A DNA stretch of 20,000 bases from an uncultured virus (IMG/VR IMGVR_UViG_3300002488_000005). Taxonomy: Duplodnaviria > Heunggongvirae > Uroviricota > Caudoviricetes. Positions 16,909 through 20,000 of this stretch are shown here, in pieces. The translations under genes and the position numbers were made by a program. Position 1 is the first letter of the stretch. The number at the start of each line of letters is the position of its first letter. A model generated the notes under the pieces. The model worked only from the letters and a program-made list of their open reading frames with translations. It ran no database searches and was not told the DNA's origin. Location: the IMG/VR virus record IMGVR_UViG_3300002488_000005, positions 58,618 through 78,617 of that record; one strand, written 5' to 3'.

Positions 16909-17232
16909 ATGAAATTAACAAGCAAAAGACTTAAGCAAATGATCAAGCGGGAACTAAAGGAAATGATGTCTTACAATAGAGATGATGACCAAAGAAGCAA
17001 GAATGCATTCATGATGCATCATTTGAACAACGTTTTGAATGGGATTACTGCTATCCCTGTTGACCAAAAAGCACAAATTGAATCTTCAGTGAAAAACTAT
17101 ACAAGAAATGCAGATTTTCCACAGACATTTGATAATGCTTTAGAAATGGCTCTCAATGATACAGTGCCCGAATTACCTAGTGAGTTAAAAGGAATGATCA
17201 TGCAGCAAGTAAGATCACAATCAGGAGAATAA
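16909..17232 (+). CDS. Hypothetical protein with 'MKLT..LK.MIKREL' leader
   Basis: MKLTSKRLKQMIKRELKEM; AAGGA RBS. Confidence 0.75.
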   Translation: MKLTSKRLKQMIKRELKEMMSYNRDDDQRSKNAFMMHHLNNVLNGITAIPVDQKAQIESSVKNYTRNADFPQTFDNALEMALNDTVPELPSELKGMIMQQVRSQSGE

Positions 17233-17233
17233 A

Positions 17234-17287
17234 ATGACTAAAAAATGGATGTTACAGCCCGTTCGACGTTGTTGTTCAGGAAGCTGA
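17234..17287 (+). CDS. 17-aa peptide MTKKWMLQPVRRCCSGS
   Basis: AGGAG at 17223-17227, ATG 1 nt after the previous stop, TGA at 17285-17287; fills the gap before the protease. Confidence 0.5.
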   Translation: MTKKWMLQPVRRCCSGS

Positions 17288-17292
17288 CTCAA

Positions 17293-17307
17293 GCGGGTAA
17301 CGCCCGC
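17293..17307 (+). promoter_or_regulatory. GC-rich hairpin upstream of the protease RBS
   Basis: GCGGG-TAACG-CCCGC perfect 5-bp stem in an AT-rich context; no U-tract follows. Confidence 0.5.
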
Positions 17308-17321
17308 AATAAGGAAAGAAA

Positions 17322-17948
17322 ATGGCTAAAAAATTATTAACAGAATTTTTTGAACTTTGCAAGGATGGTATTTGCCAAGACCTGTTGACCGAGAGGGAAA
17401 AGAGAGAAATGGCAAATGGCGTTCTGTATTTATCTGGTAGACTTCAGACATGCGAAAAAAAGAATGGCAATGGAAGAGTCTACCCGTGTAAAGTTCTTGA
17501 TAGAGAGATTAACAATTACAAAAGAGTTATAGAGGACAACAGGGCTTTAGGCGAACTAGATCACCCTGATGACTCGGTTATAAATCTTAGAAATGCTTCT
17601 CATATGGTAACAGACATCTGGTGGGAAGGAAATGATGTAATGGGCAAGATAAAGGTCCTAGACACACCATCTGGTAAGATCTTGAAAGATCTTATCAATA
17701 ACGGCGTAAAATTAGGAATTTCTTCTAGAGGCCTTGGATCTGTAAAAGAAAGCATGGGAAACACTGTTGTGCAAGAAGACTTTGAACTAATCTGCTTTGA
17801 CATTGTTTCGGAACCATCAACGCCCGACGCCTACATATATCCAGAGCAGAGCGCTTCGGGCAGAACCATTAGGATGCGTGAAAACAAACTTAATGAAAAG
17901 AAAGATCTGATACTTAACGATCTTTTTGATAAAATTTTGAGAGACTAA
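17322..17948 (+). CDS. Prohead core protein protease (T4 gp21-like)
   Basis: KNGNGRVYP, ALGELDHP, GISSRGLGS and FDIVSEPS motifs. Confidence 0.93.
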   Translation: MAKKLLTEFFELCKDGICQDLLTEREKREMANGVLYLSGRLQTCEKKNGNGRVYPCKVLDREINNYKRVIEDNRALGELDHPDDSVINLRNASHMVTDIWWEGNDVMGKIKVLDTPSGKILKDLINNGVKLGISSRGLGSVKESMGNTVVQEDFELICFDIVSEPSTPDAYIYPEQSASGRTIRMRENKLNEKKDLILNDLFDKILRD

Positions 17949-18355
17949 TGAATAAAAATGAACTAAAGAGAATCTTGAAACCTCTTATAAAGGAGTGTAT
18001 CAAGGAAGTGCTTTTTGAAGAAAGTGGCGCTTTGTCGCATGTTATAAAAGAAGTTGCGGTTGGTTTATCTGGAAAAGAAACAATAACAGAATCCAACTAT
18101 AATGCGCCCAAACCCAAGGCAAACAATAAGCACTTAAAACAAAAAAAGAAAAAATTGCTTGATGTTATTGGGCGTGATGCTTACAACGGAATAGATCTTT
18201 TTGAAGGGACAACCCCGGCTCCAGCGCCTGTTCAAACTGGAAACGGTAGAGGTCCATTGTCTGATGTGGCCCCTAATGATCCCGGAGTTGATATAAGTGA
18301 AATTTTTAATGCAAAATCATTTGCAATTTCTAGAAAAATGATGGGGAAAGAATAA
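17948..18355 (+). CDS. Hypothetical head-module protein with leader-like N-terminus
   Basis: MNKNELKRILKPLIKECIKEVLFEE; TAATG overlaps on both sides. Confidence 0.7.
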   Translation: MNKNELKRILKPLIKECIKEVLFEESGALSHVIKEVAVGLSGKETITESNYNAPKPKANNKHLKQKKKKLLDVIGRDAYNGIDLFEGTTPAPAPVQTGNGRGPLSDVAPNDPGVDISEIFNAKSFAISRKMMGKE

Positions 18356-18561
18356 TGGCAACAAATCTGGTTGTAAAGCCTAGAAGGGGCGAAAATATTG
18401 AGCGAGTTATAAAAAGGTTCAATAGGAAAGTAAAGAAACTTGGAATCATAAACGAATACAAGGAAAGTCAAAGGTATACTAAGCCTTCTGATAAGCGAAG
18501 ATTGAGAAACAAGAGATCCGATAGAAGAAGAGCAAAGGAATTAGCAAAAGCTAACAAATGA
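18355..18561 (+). CDS. rpsU: Phage-encoded ribosomal protein bS21
   Basis: 68 aa, very basic; V...GENIERVIKRFNRKVKK.GII.E.K....Y.KPS.KRR is the bS21 signature. Confidence 0.88.
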   Translation: MATNLVVKPRRGENIERVIKRFNRKVKKLGIINEYKESQRYTKPSDKRRLRNKRSDRRRAKELAKANK

Positions 18562-18568
18562 CTATTTA
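18561..18568 (+). promoter_or_regulatory. Candidate phage late-promoter element ACTATTTA
   Basis: At the gene boundary, 21 nt before the ATG at 18590; the same RACTAWTTA motif recurs at 7 other + strand sites. Confidence 0.4.
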
Positions 18569-18589
18569 TAAAAGATTGGAGAAATAACT

Positions 18590-19051
18590 ATGTCAGTACA
18601 TAAGTATACAAGTTGGGGCAGGACAAGAAGCCCAAAAAATATAGCAGGCTCTCAAGGTGGAACAGTAACACCGGTTGAGAGTTTAGATGATTTAAGAGGA
18701 ATCACGTCAGCAATTGGAAGTCAGGGTTACGCAACAGAAAACCAAAGATACTTGCATGTGTTGATTGAAGATACTAATGAAGACGACAGCGAAACTGTAA
18801 CTGTCTTTGGGTATTGCCACGCATTTCAAAGATGGTTTCCTCTTATGACAAGAGTCGGAGGAACAAATGCTGCTCAAAGCGGAACAGAGGAAATAAGCAT
18901 AGTCGGTGAGGATTCCAATCTTACTCCTGCCAGTTGTACACCCGACAAACGCACATATCGAGTTTATGAAATTGTCGGAGTTGACAGGGTAGCGTTTCAT
19001 TGTGCTGACGCTTCTGAGATTAATCTCTTTGCCGCTTGTAGCACATTTTAG
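18590..19051 (+). CDS. Hypothetical, probably virion-associated protein
   Basis: 153-aa ORF; GGAG RBS; S/T/G-rich; lies in the structural region. Confidence 0.65.
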   Translation: MSVHKYTSWGRTRSPKNIAGSQGGTVTPVESLDDLRGITSAIGSQGYATENQRYLHVLIEDTNEDDSETVTVFGYCHAFQRWFPLMTRVGGTNAAQSGTEEISIVGEDSNLTPASCTPDKRTYRVYEIVGVDRVAFHCADASEINLFAACSTF

Positions 19052-19063
19052 TAGGAAACAACT

Positions 19064-19669
19064 ATGGCAGATTTTGGATGGGCATATTTATCTGGGGCAG
19101 TAACTGGTGAAGGACCGGCAAAAAGCATACAGTATTTGAAAGCAACTAACGGTGAATTAACCGGTAGTTCTAAATTTACATTTGATCAAAGCACAAATAA
19201 GCTGTTCTTGACCGGAACAATGATAATCAGCGGAACCATTCAAGCACTTACGTTTGACGTAATCCACACAAATAAAATAGAATTGCAATCTTCGGGTAGC
19301 AGTAATTTTGGTAACGATAGCGGCGACACACATGTTTTTACAGGGAGCGTTTCTATAGTTTCTGGTGCTTTTAGGAATCATTACAAAAGACTAACAACGA
19401 CCTCATACACAGCTAGTGCCTATGACTCAATAATTGGAGTTAGCGCCAGTGCGGCTGTGTCTATAAAGTTGCCATCGGCAGCAAGCGCTTATGGTAGAGT
19501 TCTTATAATAAAAGACGAATGGTCTTTTACCAGAACAAACCCAAAAGCGATCGGAATTACGGCCTCCTCTGGTCAAAAAATAGACCATGCGGATAATTAT
19601 GGTATCACTGGAGATAATGCTGCTCTCAGTTTATACTCGGATGGTGTTTCCAAGTGGTTCATCTATTAG
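19064..19669 (+). CDS. Virion fibre/decoration-like protein
   Basis: S/G/T-rich with FGNDSGDTHVFTGS and a C-terminal LP.A....GR.LIIKDE...LYSDG..KWFI module of the kind seen in phage fibre proteins. Confidence 0.6.
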   Translation: MADFGWAYLSGAVTGEGPAKSIQYLKATNGELTGSSKFTFDQSTNKLFLTGTMIISGTIQALTFDVIHTNKIELQSSGSSNFGNDSGDTHVFTGSVSIVSGAFRNHYKRLTTTSYTASAYDSIIGVSASAAVSIKLPSAASAYGRVLIIKDEWSFTRTNPKAIGITASSGQKIDHADNYGITGDNAALSLYSDGVSKWFIY

Positions 19670-19683
19670 CAGGAGGCTAATTT

Positions 19684-20000
19684 ATGGGTTACAATGTTTT
19701 AAGCGGGAGCACATCGGCTGTAAGTCTGACAATGAGCGGATCATTTGTTGGCGACGGATCACAGCTAGAAAATGTTGAGCAGTTTCCCCTACAGAACGCT
19801 TCTGTTACAAGGATACCATTTTATAAAACAATCAGTGGAGAACTAGGCCTCAACGCTAACAGCGGCTTTACGTTTGATGTAAGTTCTAATGCCCTGACAG
19901 TTCCGGGACTTACTTCATCAGTTGGTATTAGAATCACAAACCCAATTTCAGGCTCTTTAGCTGGTTCGGGGAGCTACTTGGGATTAGATTCTAGTGGCAA
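19684..20000 (+). CDS. Virion fibre-like protein, 3'-truncated by the window
   Basis: AGGAGG at 19671-19676; MGYNVLSGSTSAVSLTMSGSFVGDGSQLENV..., open to the window end; F.GDGS.L repeat motif. Not in the ORF track. Confidence 0.7.
   Translation, partial: MGYNVLSGSTSAVSLTMSGSFVGDGSQLENVEQFPLQNASVTRIPFYKTISGELGLNANSGFTFDVSSNALTVPGLTSSVGIRITNPISGSLAGSGSYLGLDSSG

Noticed and set aside
17293..17307. Hairpin as an intrinsic terminator
   Set aside because: No U-tract on the + strand, and it sits directly before an essential gene.
18563..18570. T4 late promoter TATAAATA on the minus strand
   Set aside because: It would point antisense into bS21 with no minus-strand gene to serve; better explained as part of the + strand ACTATTTA motif.
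911..19381. All minus-strand ORFs in the track, including the Pro/Ser-rich 13674-14048
   Set aside because: They lie antisense to well-supported + strand genes. The RSPP repeats are simply the reverse complement of the portal DLGG repeat.
1511..19778. Short alternative-frame + strand ORFs (1511, 2940, 3657, 7251, 11413, 13850, 19587)
   Set aside because: Nested in or straddling confident genes, with no recognisable motifs.
1..20000. Genome-wide stop-codon reassignment, introns or inteins
   Set aside because: TAA, TAG and TGA all end genes at overlap junctions, coding density is near complete, and primase, terminase and portal are uninterrupted.

Overview
A 20-kb segment of a large, distantly T4-like tailed dsDNA phage. 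All credible genes are on the + strand, tightly packed with overlapping stop/start codons, in the standard genetic code. From left to right: the 3' end of a UV-damage endonuclease; seven tandem small SH3/KOW-like 'KVGDLV' genes joined by a conserved ~33-bp dual-coding junction; a DnaG/gp61-type primase; a single-chain Mre11-Rad50 (gp47-gp46) fusion; an accessory/lysis region (26-aa 8-Cys metallothionein-like peptide, holin-like and spanin-like membrane proteins, an R-S-E ADP-ribosyltransferase, a homolog of the myxobacterial gliding protein CglF/GltF); then the head module (large terminase, portal, prohead protease) with ribosomal protein bS21 and the start of virion fibre genes. The most striking pattern is at least six unrelated proteins sharing an N-terminal 'MK(L/I)T..L..IIKEE' leader. 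One of them, plus a seventh protein with a different leader, looks like an ADP-ribosyltransferase. I infer a capsid-targeting, protease-cleaved tag for injected effectors. The CglF homolog, strong Shine-Dalgarno sites and a consensus sigma70 promoter suggest a Myxococcota/Bdellovibrionota-like host. All family assignments come from motif recognition by eye, not database searches.
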